From positions 56,567-76,566 of the IMG/VR virus record IMGVR_UViG_2822507784_000003: DNA of 20,000 nucleotides; one strand, given 5' to 3'. The stretch's first letter is position 1. Every line of letters starts with the position of its first letter. Both the position numbers and the translations under genes were made by a program. Source of the DNA: an uncultured virus (IMG/VR IMGVR_UViG_2822507784_000003). Taxonomy: Duplodnaviria > Heunggongvirae > Uroviricota > Caudoviricetes. Of this stretch, positions 8,746 to 16,092 are shown piece after piece. The notes below the pieces were generated by a model. That model saw only the letters and a program-made list of their open reading frames with translations, had not been told where the DNA came from and did no database searches.

Positions 8746-10047
8746 TTGAATTTGATGTTTGAGTTAGTAAGTTCAGCAACAGTGGGTGGTGTAATTCTTT
8801 TCGCGAAAATGCATCAAAAAGGGGCTACTACCGATGCTTCTAAGATTCAAAGGATTTGCGCGAATTGCGGTTTGAAAGTGAAAGAAGGTAAAGAAACCAG
8901 GACTATACAGTTACTCCGTAAGACGAGAAATGAGTGGGGAATAGAGTATGCGTATAGAATTCCGCTTGGCCTTAGTTTCTCTGATTTCGAACAAAAGATA
9001 CAGCATTTAGAAGATGGGCTAAATCACAAGAGCAAAGTTTATGATTTCAAACTACAAGACTTCAAATCTCTTCGACTGCAAAAAGATATCTTGAAACAAA
9101 TACAAAACATCATAAACAAGAAAAAACTCGTTAGAAAGGAAATTGAGCTGTCTTACGACGGTTTGCTAAAAATAAGAGTTTACGAGAAAGGGATTCCTGA
9201 TTTTGTGAAGTTTGAAGATGACATGATGAAGAAATGTAAAGGATGGGAAGTACCTATTGGTTATACAAGGGATGGATTAGTAAAACACGACTTTGATCAG
9301 TTATCGCACATGATATCAGCCGGTATGACGGACATGGGGAAATCGAATGTATTAAAACTCATTATTACAGCTCTGGTACGAAACCAATCAGACAATATAA
9401 AGCTATTCCTTATCGATTTGAAGGGTGGTCTCTCTTTCAACCGATACAGATTCCTAAATCAAGTCGAATCAATTGCGAAGAATCCCGAGGAAGCCCTTGA
9501 GACTCTAAGGGAATTGCAAGATAAACTGAATGCTAGAAACGAATACTTACTAGAAAAAGGATATGAAGATATAAAAGAAGCCGGGGATCCAACTAGATAC
9601 TTTGTCATTGTAGATGAAGCAGCCGACATGACGCCATATCAGGAGTGCAAGGACATCGTTGTTGATATAGGTCGTCGTGGCAGGGCAGCGGGATTCCGCT
9701 TGGTATATGCGACACAATACCCTACTAACGAAGCATTACCATCGCAGTTACGACAAAACATTGGGGCCCGTGTTTGCTTTAGATTACAGACAGAAGCAGG
9801 GAGCCGTGCTGTGCTAGACGAGGGCGGCGCAGAGAGTCTTCCCAACATAAAAGGAAGGGCTATATACCAAACAAATGAGAAGAAGGTCTTACAGACTGTT
9901 TATCTCGATAACAAGCAGATTGATAACATCATAAAACCACACATCAATATCAGAGCGAGAAAGGAGCATGAAAATGCAAAAGTTAGCAATGAAGGAAGCG
10001 CGAACGGAAAGTATACTCTTGAGCTTGAAGAAACTCGGCTTTCTTAG
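8746..10047 (+). CDS. FtsK/SpoIIIE-family ATPase
   Basis: Walker A GMTDMGKS, 'LIDLKGG', Walker B VIVDE, 'GRAAG..LV.ATQ.P', short N-terminal hydrophobic segment. The exact start may be 8752 or 8755. Confidence 0.9.
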   Translation: MNLMFELVSSATVGGVILFAKMHQKGATTDASKIQRICANCGLKVKEGKETRTIQLLRKTRNEWGIEYAYRIPLGLSFSDFEQKIQHLEDGLNHKSKVYDFKLQDFKSLRLQKDILKQIQNIINKKKLVRKEIELSYDGLLKIRVYEKGIPDFVKFEDDMMKKCKGWEVPIGYTRDGLVKHDFDQLSHMISAGMTDMGKSNVLKLIITALVRNQSDNIKLFLIDLKGGLSFNRYRFLNQVESIAKNPEEALETLRELQDKLNARNEYLLEKGYEDIKEAGDPTRYFVIVDEAADMTPYQECKDIVVDIGRRGRAAGFRLVYATQYPTNEALPSQLRQNIGARVCFRLQTEAGSRAVLDEGGAESLPNIKGRAIYQTNEKKVLQTVYLDNKQIDNIIKPHINIRARKEHENAKVSNEGSANGKYTLELEETRLS

Positions 10048-10564
10048 TAGAAAGCAAATTCAGGTACTTCATGATCTTGGCGGTGACAGGAATGCTTCTC
10101 GTGTAATGAAGGGTATTGAAGAATATGTGTCTAGTTTTAGGGATGGAGAAAAGGTTTATTATCTCAACAAGGAAGGGCGTGAACGTATTGGGAGCAAGAA
10201 AATACTCAAACGTTCGAATCAATTTCGCCATTATATTATGAGAAATGACATCTACATTGCTTATGAATGCCCGAAAACGTGGAAGCAAGAAGTAAAGATG
10301 AATGTGAAAGGTATCGTTTCTATAATTGCGGATGCGTTATTTACGGATAATGGACGCTATCACATTGTAGAGGTGGATCATGAGCAAAAAATGAGTGCAA
10401 ACCGTATCAAGATGCAGAAGTATAGAAAGTTAATGGAATGCAATGTGTTTGAGAAGCCACCCAAGTTTATTTGGTACACCACGACAGAATATAGAAGAAA
10501 ACAACTTCAGAAGCTTTGCGAGGGATTGGATTGCAACATATTTACGGTTACTGATTTTCATTAA
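9968..10564 (+). CDS. Replication-relaxation (Replic_Relax) family protein
   Basis: N-terminal wHTH-like region (FLSRKQIQ.LH, YYL.KEG) and 'ADA.F....Y.VEVD...M' motif. Overlaps the FtsK gene, the usual arrangement in Bacillus phages. RBS AAGGAG. Confidence 0.8.
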   Translation: MKMQKLAMKEARTESILLSLKKLGFLSRKQIQVLHDLGGDRNASRVMKGIEEYVSSFRDGEKVYYLNKEGRERIGSKKILKRSNQFRHYIMRNDIYIAYECPKTWKQEVKMNVKGIVSIIADALFTDNGRYHIVEVDHEQKMSANRIKMQKYRKLMECNVFEKPPKFIWYTTTEYRRKQLQKLCEGLDCNIFTVTDFH

Positions 10565-10583
10565 AAATAGGGAGATGGACCAT

Positions 10584-11072
10584 ATGGCAACTGAGACAAT
10601 GAGCATCAAAGATTTTATGGATGGTAACTATGGAGCAAAGAAAAAGTGGAGCTTGTTCAAAAAGAAAGCAAAAAAATACGCACCTGTCGCAGTGCGCGTT
10701 TCATTAGTAATCGGTAGTGCTATTATATTCAGCAACATAATAGATATTCCTCATGTGTTTGCTGATGGAAATAATCCAGATGTGAATGAAGTATTTAAAG
10801 ATGTGCAGTCCAATGACGGGGCAATAAAAAATTATATAGATGGCCAATTATACAATCGCATTGTAAATGCGTTTGAACCGGTTATCTTCTTGATTAAAGC
10901 GGTGTCCTATCCGATAGCGTCCGTTGTAGCGTTATGTGGCGGTCTGTTCATTATGGTCGGTAGCCAGGAACGGGGATTCAGTTTGATTTCAAGGGCAGGG
11001 ATTGGTTATATAGTTGTTCAAATGATTCCATTGTTTATGCGATTACTTGTTGAGATTGCAAAGGCTATATAA
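10584..11072 (+). CDS. Membrane protein with VirB2/TrbC pilin-like C-terminal hairpin
   Basis: Start moved to ATG 10584 behind AGGGAG. Basic N-terminus, hydrophobic segment ending VFA, then two TM helices separated by G.QERG, as in VirB2-like pilins. Confidence 0.6.
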   Translation: MATETMSIKDFMDGNYGAKKKWSLFKKKAKKYAPVAVRVSLVIGSAIIFSNIIDIPHVFADGNNPDVNEVFKDVQSNDGAIKNYIDGQLYNRIVNAFEPVIFLIKAVSYPIASVVALCGGLFIMVGSQERGFSLISRAGIGYIVVQMIPLFMRLLVEIAKAI

Positions 11073-11202
11073 TTCTATTAATTAAGGGATTATTATTGGG
11101 ATTAATTTTTATAAATTCCTTCTTTTTCTAATCAAAAAATAGTTATATAATGATTGTTGGAATTATATTATTGACGTTTAACATTAAGGGGAGAGAATAG
11201 TA

Positions 11203-11883
11203 ATGAAAAAATTAATTATTTCAGGTGTATGCGCAGCAGTATTCGGTACAACTTTTTTTGCAAATGATTCGTTTGCGGAGACACCAGGTAATAACACAAA
11301 TCCAAGCATAAAAGCAGCAAGTGCTCAATCTAGTATCTTTATAGATGTACCTCAATCGCATTGGGCGTTTAAAGAGATTCAGTATATGGCTGACCATAAA
11401 ATAATGCAAGGATATGGTAATGGTTATTTCGGCGCTAAAGATAAAGTGACACGTGAGCAATTAGCAGCAACCATATATCGGACTATTAAAATTTGGAAAG
11501 ATCCTTTAAACCAAACGCACCCTTTTAATGACATAGGTAATTCAATGTTCCAAAATGAGATTAAAGAATTATACGATAATGGAGTATTTGCTTATGTGGC
11601 GGATGGGAAATTTTATCCTAGTCGTATATTAACTCGAGCGGAAGTTGCAGCTTCATTTAAAAATGCTTTTTGGTTAAATAAGAAGTTTGATCACCAATTT
11701 AACGATATGCAAGGTCACTGGGCAAATGAAGCTGTGCAAATTTTATACAGTAACGGTATAACTAATGGTGTAGGTGATAATAATTTTGATCCAAATGGAT
11801 CTGTAACGCGTGAACAACTTGCGGTATTCTTATATAGAGTTATTCCTGTTTCTTCAAGACCAATTCAAGATGGACTTAAATAA
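11203..11883 (+). CDS. Secreted protein consisting of three SLH domains
   Basis: Signal peptide (SFA) and three repeats of F.D....HWA / TREQLA / TRAEVA. No further domain. Confidence 0.9.
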   Translation: MKKLIISGVCAAVFGTTFFANDSFAETPGNNTNPSIKAASAQSSIFIDVPQSHWAFKEIQYMADHKIMQGYGNGYFGAKDKVTREQLAATIYRTIKIWKDPLNQTHPFNDIGNSMFQNEIKELYDNGVFAYVADGKFYPSRILTRAEVAASFKNAFWLNKKFDHQFNDMQGHWANEAVQILYSNGITNGVGDNNFDPNGSVTREQLAVFLYRVIPVSSRPIQDGLK

Positions 11884-11890
11884 AATAAAC

Positions 11891-11923
11891 AGAAAAAGCC
11901 AACTTATATAAGTTGGCTTTTTC
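11891..11923. terminator. Intrinsic terminator
   Basis: Inverted repeat AGAAAAAGCCAACTTA-T-A-TAAGTTGGCTTTTTCT-type palindrome right after the SLH gene. Confidence 0.85.
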
Positions 11924-11926
11924 TTT

Positions 11927-11954
11927 GCAGGATTTTTTTTACCATCATGGAATA
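11927..11954 (+). promoter_or_regulatory. Sigma-H-type promoter
   Basis: GCAGGATTT...GGAATA: AGGA (11929-11932), 17 nt, GAAT (11950-11953), matching the Bacillus sigma-H consensus. RBS AGGAGGTG follows. Confidence 0.7.
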
Positions 11955-11980
11955 CTCTCACTAGGAGGTGTTGTAACGTT

Positions 11981-12571
11981 ATGACGGACGAAATTGTTTA
12001 TTCTGCTAGTGAAGTATACAAGCGATTAGGAATAAGTGATAGCACCCTTAGAAAGTACATGGAAGTATTATCACGCGAAGGATTCGCAGTAAAGAAAGAT
12101 AATCGCGGCAGACGCCAATACACAGACAGTGACATTATGGTGATTGAGAAGTTAATTGAGCTAAGTAAGCATGACGGTATGACGCTAGAGAAGGCAGCGA
12201 AGATGATTGTGCAGCAAATAGAAAAAGTTAATCCGGATCTGATTCAAGAAGAGGCTGAGGAAACGGATCTAGTGCCATTCCACATTAAAGAGCAATTACA
12301 GGAACAGTACAGCGTTATGGCGCAAGAAATGAATCAAAGCATGCTAGCGATGGAGAAGCGATTAAGTGAGCAGGCCAAGCGAAGTAACGAGGAAATCAAA
12401 GCAAGTGTAGAATCGCATAATAAACGAGTGGAAAAACGATTGGAAGCACGAGACGAGACGCTTATGAAGACACTGCGTGAGATGCAGGAAACGAAGAGAA
12501 TGATGCAGGAATTTCGGGATGAGGTTGCTGCATCGAAAGAGAAGAAAAAGCCTTGGTGGCGGTTTTGGTGA
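11981..12571 (+). CDS. MerR-HTH / coiled-coil protein (DUF3967-type, RacA-like architecture)
   Basis: YSASEVYKRLGISDSTLRKY...GRRQYT MerR-type HTH, long coiled coil and C-terminal KKKPWWRFW. Confidence 0.8.
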   Translation: MTDEIVYSASEVYKRLGISDSTLRKYMEVLSREGFAVKKDNRGRRQYTDSDIMVIEKLIELSKHDGMTLEKAAKMIVQQIEKVNPDLIQEEAEETDLVPFHIKEQLQEQYSVMAQEMNQSMLAMEKRLSEQAKRSNEEIKASVESHNKRVEKRLEARDETLMKTLREMQETKRMMQEFRDEVAASKEKKKPWWRFW

Positions 12572-12723
12572 GAACAAGAAATATATGAAGTAACCAATAA
12601 ATTTGCATAAAATCAATGGTTTGAAAGTCTAATGTCGCAAAATTATCTTTCAAAATAACTTGTATATTTTGTTATAATCAACCCAGGATATATAATACTG
12701 GTTAATCGAAAAGAGGGATAATA

Positions 12724-12897
12724 ATGAAACAAGTAACTCTCCATCAATTGCACAAAGATCATAATAAACGAATAGCAGAATTTCATAAAAAAAACGAAAT
12801 TAAAATTCAACGTGGTGAAAATGGGAACGGTTTGTTAGCTAAATGGGAAAGATTTTTCTATAACAAGGTGATTTCCCCTCTAAAGAATGTTAAATAA
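12724..12897 (+). CDS. Small basic hypothetical protein (57 aa, not in ORF track)
   Basis: MKQVTLHQLHKDHNKRIAEFHKKNEIKIQRGENGNGLLAKWERFFYNKVISPLKNVK. RBS AGAGGGA, extended -10 TGTTATAAT at 12670-12678, downstream hairpin at 12906-12932. Confidence 0.65.
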   Translation: MKQVTLHQLHKDHNKRIAEFHKKNEIKIQRGENGNGLLAKWERFFYNKVISPLKNVK

Positions 12898-12974
12898 TAA
12901 AAGAAAAGCAGGAGTGTTTTGGTTTCCTGCTTAAAATAAAAAAGATACATTTATCTTTAGATACATAACAGCAG

Positions 12975-13017
12975 ATAAAACAGAAGCATCCTCAAAACAA
13001 GGATACTTCTGTTTTAT
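12975..13017. terminator. Intrinsic terminator hairpin
   Basis: ATAAAACAGAAGCATCCT-loop-AGGATACTTCTGTTTTAT at the end of the minus-strand par-linked gene. Confidence 0.7.
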
Positions 13018-13364
13018 TTATTCTCTAACGTCTCATAGAGGCGCTTATACATGTCTTTATATGCTCTAGAATGTCGGTTGACTAATTGAGAATCTACATA
13101 ATGCTCAACTAGCATGTCAATGATGTTGTTAATTGATGTTTTATCCATACCTTCTTGTTCCTGTATAAATGGTTTAAGGGTATTTAGCTTTAGTAAAACA
13201 GCAGGTGAAAGTTTTGCTGTTTTAGATGGAACTAAGCGTTGATCTGGTTTCTCTAGTGTCTGTATTTCCTTTTTCGTTTTAGTTTGATCGTTTTGAATAG
13301 TTAAATCAGAACTTTCGGTAATAGGTGTTACAGTTACTACAAAAGATTTACTTTTGTTATCCAA
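13014..13364 (-). CDS. Small putative DNA-binding (RHH-like) protein linked to the par locus
   Basis: TTG start behind AGGAG. Low-complexity N-terminus, then a beta-helix-helix-like pattern (KTAKLSPAVLLKLNTL...SINNIIDMLVEHYV) similar to the neighbouring ParB-like gene. Confidence 0.6.
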   Translation of the reverse strand: MDNKSKSFVVTVTPITESSDLTIQNDQTKTKKEIQTLEKPDQRLVPSKTAKLSPAVLLKLNTLKPFIQEQEGMDKTSINNIIDMLVEHYVDSQLVNRHSRAYKDMYKRLYETLENK

Positions 13365-13439
13365 AGTTACCACTCCTATTTAGTTTGTTATTTTAAACTA
13401 TTAAAACTATTTTGCATTGGTATTGCTAAAAACTATGTT

Positions 13440-13468
13440 ATTATCTGCTGTTTTATCCGTGTATTCAA
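13440..13468 (-). promoter_or_regulatory. Sigma-A promoter for the 13014-13364 gene
   Basis: Minus strand TTGAAT-17 nt-GATAAT. Confidence 0.55.
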
Positions 13469-13516
13469 GTAAGTTGAATAGGGTTGATTAAGTAAAGATA
13501 TCATGAAGAAAAGTGG

Positions 13517-13558
13517 AAATATAGAAATATCCCTATNNATAGGGATATTTCTATATTT
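13517..13558. repeat. parS-like cluster 1: 20-bp inverted repeat
   Basis: AAATATAGAAATATCCCTAT-nn-ATAGGGATATTTCTATATTT. It shares the 18-mer ATAGGGATATTTCTATAT with 14864-14881. The two central bases are undetermined. Confidence 0.7.
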
Positions 13559-13939
13559 TTAAATTTCGGTTAAGAGCTTGAATTTCCTTTTCTGATCAGG
13601 TGTTAGCTCATTTTCTACATAACGATCTATAAGCAGGTCGATAATTTCATAATTGAATTTTGTGTTTGTAAGTTTCATTAATACTTCAAGTTCTTCTTTT
13701 GATTGATTAGAAATTTTAATGCTACCTTGCTGGTTTTTAAATTTCTTTTTCGGTTCAGTTTTCTCGATCCTTTTCTCTTTTCGAGTAGTTGTTTTTTCTT
13801 CTATCTTAGGTTGAGAAGGAGTAACTGTAGCTGCTACCTCTTTATTTTCCGTCGTAGCTTGTCCTTGTTCCGGTACATAAGGCTCAGTAGGTTCAAAGTT
13901 ACTTTTCTTTCGACCTAACAAACCAGGAGTTCTTGCCAT
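13559..13939 (-). CDS. Type Ib ParB-like centromere-binding adaptor
   Basis: Starts 1 nt after the parA stop. 126 aa with a disordered N-terminus and RHH-like C-terminus (SIKISNQSKEELEVL...YEIIDLLIDRYV). Confidence 0.7.
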   Translation of the reverse strand: MARTPGLLGRKKSNFEPTEPYVPEQGQATTENKEVAATVTPSQPKIEEKTTTRKEKRIEKTEPKKKFKNQQGSIKISNQSKEELEVLMKLTNTKFNYEIIDLLIDRYVENELTPDQKRKFKLLTEI

Positions 13940-13940
13940 A

Positions 13941-14762
13941 TTACACACCAACCTTCATTTTTTCAAACATATCAACACGAGATAATAATTCATCACTAAT
14001 CGTTTCGTATAGTTCAATTACATTCATATCATGTCTATCTTTTTCAGTAATACCATTCACATCAAATCGTTTAATACGTTCCATTTGAGGGACGATGTTT
14101 TTAAATAGGTTTTCTTCTCCAAATATTTCACGAGCATTTTCCATGATGTATTCGTCAACTTTACCGTTGTTTTTTAATAGGACAGGAAGAACGCCAACTA
14201 CTTCAATATCAAGATCATATTGCTCTTTTAACTTGATAAGTTCATTAATATAATTCTCGGCACCAGTAAGAGAACGTTCTTGTGTTTGGAGAGCAATTAG
14301 AACATAATCAGAAGCTACAACTGCATTTTTTGTAACTTCTAGTGACATAGGAGGTACGTCGATAAATATGTAGTCGTATTTATGCTTTATCTTTTCAAGT
14401 AATCCTTTAAAGTAATGATCTTCTTCAGCCTCCGAAGAACAATTTTTATAAAGGAATTTTGCGAAGTCCTGAAAATCAACGTAAGAAGGAAGTAAATGTA
14501 AGTTCTCCATAATTTCCACTTCTAAGCCGTCTAGGTTTCCCTCTTGTATTCCTTTCATTAATGTTTTTTCAACAGTAACAATTTCATCAGGATTAAGGAT
14601 TGATTTTGTTAACATTAAAGACTTGGTTGCGTTACTTTGTGGATCAAGGTCAACAAGTAATGTACGCTTGCCCTTTTTAGCGAATTCATAAGAGTTCAAT
14701 ACAGCATTCGTGGTCTTACCGACTCCACCTTTGTAATTACCTACCGTAATTGTAATAGCCAT
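13941..14762 (-). CDS. parA: ParA/Soj-family Walker-type partition ATPase
   Basis: Deviant Walker A KGGVGKTT, VDLDPQSN and YDYIFIDVPP. No N-terminal HTH (type Ib). ATG at 14762 behind GGAG. Confidence 0.95.
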   Translation of the reverse strand: MAITITVGNYKGGVGKTTNAVLNSYEFAKKGKRTLLVDLDPQSNATKSLMLTKSILNPDEIVTVEKTLMKGIQEGNLDGLEVEIMENLHLLPSYVDFQDFAKFLYKNCSSEAEEDHYFKGLLEKIKHKYDYIFIDVPPMSLEVTKNAVVASDYVLIALQTQERSLTGAENYINELIKLKEQYDLDIEVVGVLPVLLKNNGKVDEYIMENAREIFGEENLFKNIVPQMERIKRFDVNGITEKDRHDMNVIELYETISDELLSRVDMFEKMKVGV

Positions 14763-14791
14763 TTTTAACACTCCAGTTATTTATTTTTAAA

Positions 14792-14882
14792 ATTTCCCTA
14801 TATCCCTTTATAGAAATAGGGAAAAATAGAAATAGGGAAAAAGGGATATTTCTAACTATAGAAATAGGGATATTTCTATATC
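14792..14882. repeat. parS-like cluster 2 in the parA leader
   Basis: Multiple direct and inverted ~8-bp units (AAATAGGG / ATATAGAA / GGGATATT) between the parA promoter and start codon. Confidence 0.75.
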
Positions 14883-14891
14883 TTTAAAGAA

Positions 14892-14920
14892 ATTATAACA
14901 ATGATGTACGGTATATGCAA
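14892..14920 (-). promoter_or_regulatory. Sigma-A promoter of parA operon
   Basis: Minus strand TTGCAT-17 nt-TATAAT with extended TG. Confidence 0.75.
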
Positions 14921-15048
14921 TAGAATCATAGAGTTAGTAATTAATAATAAAAACGTTGATATCATAAGATTCTTTTGATGTATGAAGTAGAGGGAGTTAA
15001 GAAATAAATATGTAATTTCGTAGAGATGTTAGTAGATGCAAAAATAAC

Positions 15049-15136
15049 GAAAATAGGGAAATATAGATATAGGGAAAAGGGGAAATATCCCTATATCTAT
15101 AAGTGGAAATAGGGAAATAGGGAAATAGGGATATTT
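15049..15136. repeat. parS-like cluster 3
   Basis: Tandem GAAATAGG x3 at 15106-15129 plus further direct and inverted copies of the same unit. Confidence 0.75.
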
Positions 15137-15282
15137 TGAAAAAAGTGCGTAATCCAGCAGTTTACAAAGGATAAAGCTTGTTGTAACGTAGTACACAACA
15201 AGCATCATTCTACAAAACAAAACATAATTTGATATTTTATATAAACGAAGATCGATAAAACAATTGAATATGAACAGAAAAT

Positions 15283-15456
15283 AAAAAAGCCACTCCCATA
15301 TGCTATCGGCTACCAACCTTTAGCGGGAATGACTCAGTTCTAGTAATTGCTACCAACACTTACTAGACATAACCTGTAACCAAGCAGGACTTCGGTTTAA
15401 GTAGTGCACCAACACTATCCTTAAACAATTATGCCTTTCGACTAGGCTTATTTGAT
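15283..15456 (-). ncRNA. Putative ~175-nt antisense (copy-control) RNA with four UUGG-loop hairpins
   Basis: Hairpins at 15395-15426 (loop UUGGUG), 15373-15388 (CUUGGUUA), 15339-15367 (UUGGUAG) and 15288-15334 (UUGGUAG). The last pairs fully via G-U only on the minus strand and is followed by a U run. A promoter lies directly upstream. Confidence 0.75.
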
Positions 15457-15462
15457 ATACCC

Positions 15463-15491
15463 ATTTTATCTGTGATTGGGCTAAAATTCAA
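15463..15491 (-). promoter_or_regulatory. Sigma-A promoter for the antisense RNA
   Basis: Minus strand TTGAAT (15491-15486), 17 nt, TAAAAT (15468-15463). Confidence 0.75.
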
Positions 15492-15540
15492 CTAGTAAAT
15501 ACTAGATTTGATTATTTTGTAGTCTAAAAGATATATACCG

Positions 15541-15610
15541 GGCATCTCTAAACCTAGAAGTCTTGTGATGTACAGGCCATTTAGGAATTAGAGATGCCTT
15601 TTTGTTTTTT
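15541..15610 (+). terminator. Long terminator/attenuator-like hairpin
   Basis: GGCATCTCTAA-A-CCTAGA ... TTTAGG-AA-TTAGAGATGCC followed by TTTTTGTTTTTT. No ORF ends here. Confidence 0.65.
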
Positions 15611-15614
15611 GTTC

Positions 15615-16092
15615 GCGTGGAATTGCCTGATACCACGTAAATAAAAACTGATAAGCCGTAATTCCGTGCTGCTATACATATAGGGGGAACGTGTTACGGC
15701 GTGGCTAGCTGTTGGTCGTGCAGGGGGTACTGAGTTATACGCCTACAAAAACAGCACCCCTCATTGGATTCCTGTTCATCTGGTGAGGGAGGGCGAGAAC
15801 TTGCCCAGGGACGATTCTCTAAAAGGTTCGGGTGGTTATCGTTAGCATTACGGTGCTAGGGAGTGCATTCAGTTTGTCGTGTAGGGACGATATTACAAGG
15901 ACAAGCCATAGTGAAAGGATGTATGCGATGAAGATCGCTGAGTGAACAGGGTCTATACATACGGATACCTTATAAGTGACCGCATGGCGAAAACAAAGAC
16001 GCTTATCCATCTATTTTGATTGATTACTTTTTTTGTAGTCTGTCAAAGTAGGGGATAAATCTGCCTTCCAGCCGTATTCCTTAATCGTTCCC
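15615..16092 (+). ncRNA. Putative large structured RNA / RNA-primer-type replication region
   Basis: ORF-free on the plus strand, visibly GC-richer than its flanks, many stems favouring plus-strand G-U pairs (15758-15789, 15791-15806, 16003-16058), and long-range complementarities. Confidence 0.5.

Noticed and set aside
10443..10583. N-terminal extensions in the ORF track (10443; also 4306, 8156, 13951, 19348)
   Set aside because: Better RBS-supported starts lie downstream (10584, 4324, 8126, 13939, 19414).
13537..13538. 'nn' at the centre of the inverted repeat as a biological signal such as a hairpin end
   Set aside because: More likely a sequencing or scaffold ambiguity caused by the palindrome; the true spacer length is unknown.
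15029..15316. 95-aa minus-strand ORF with FP(I/Y) repeats
   Set aside because: The repeats are just the translation of the AAATAGGG cluster, and the ORF crosses the antisense RNA terminator.
15302..15426. Repeated CTACCAAC/CACCAAC units as a mini CRISPR array
   Set aside because: The repeats are only 7-9 bp, sit in hairpin loops with self-complementary flanks, and no cas genes are present.
15819..16010. 63-aa minus-strand ORF in the structured region
   Set aside because: No convincing RBS or motif, and the G-U pairing pattern favours a plus-strand RNA.
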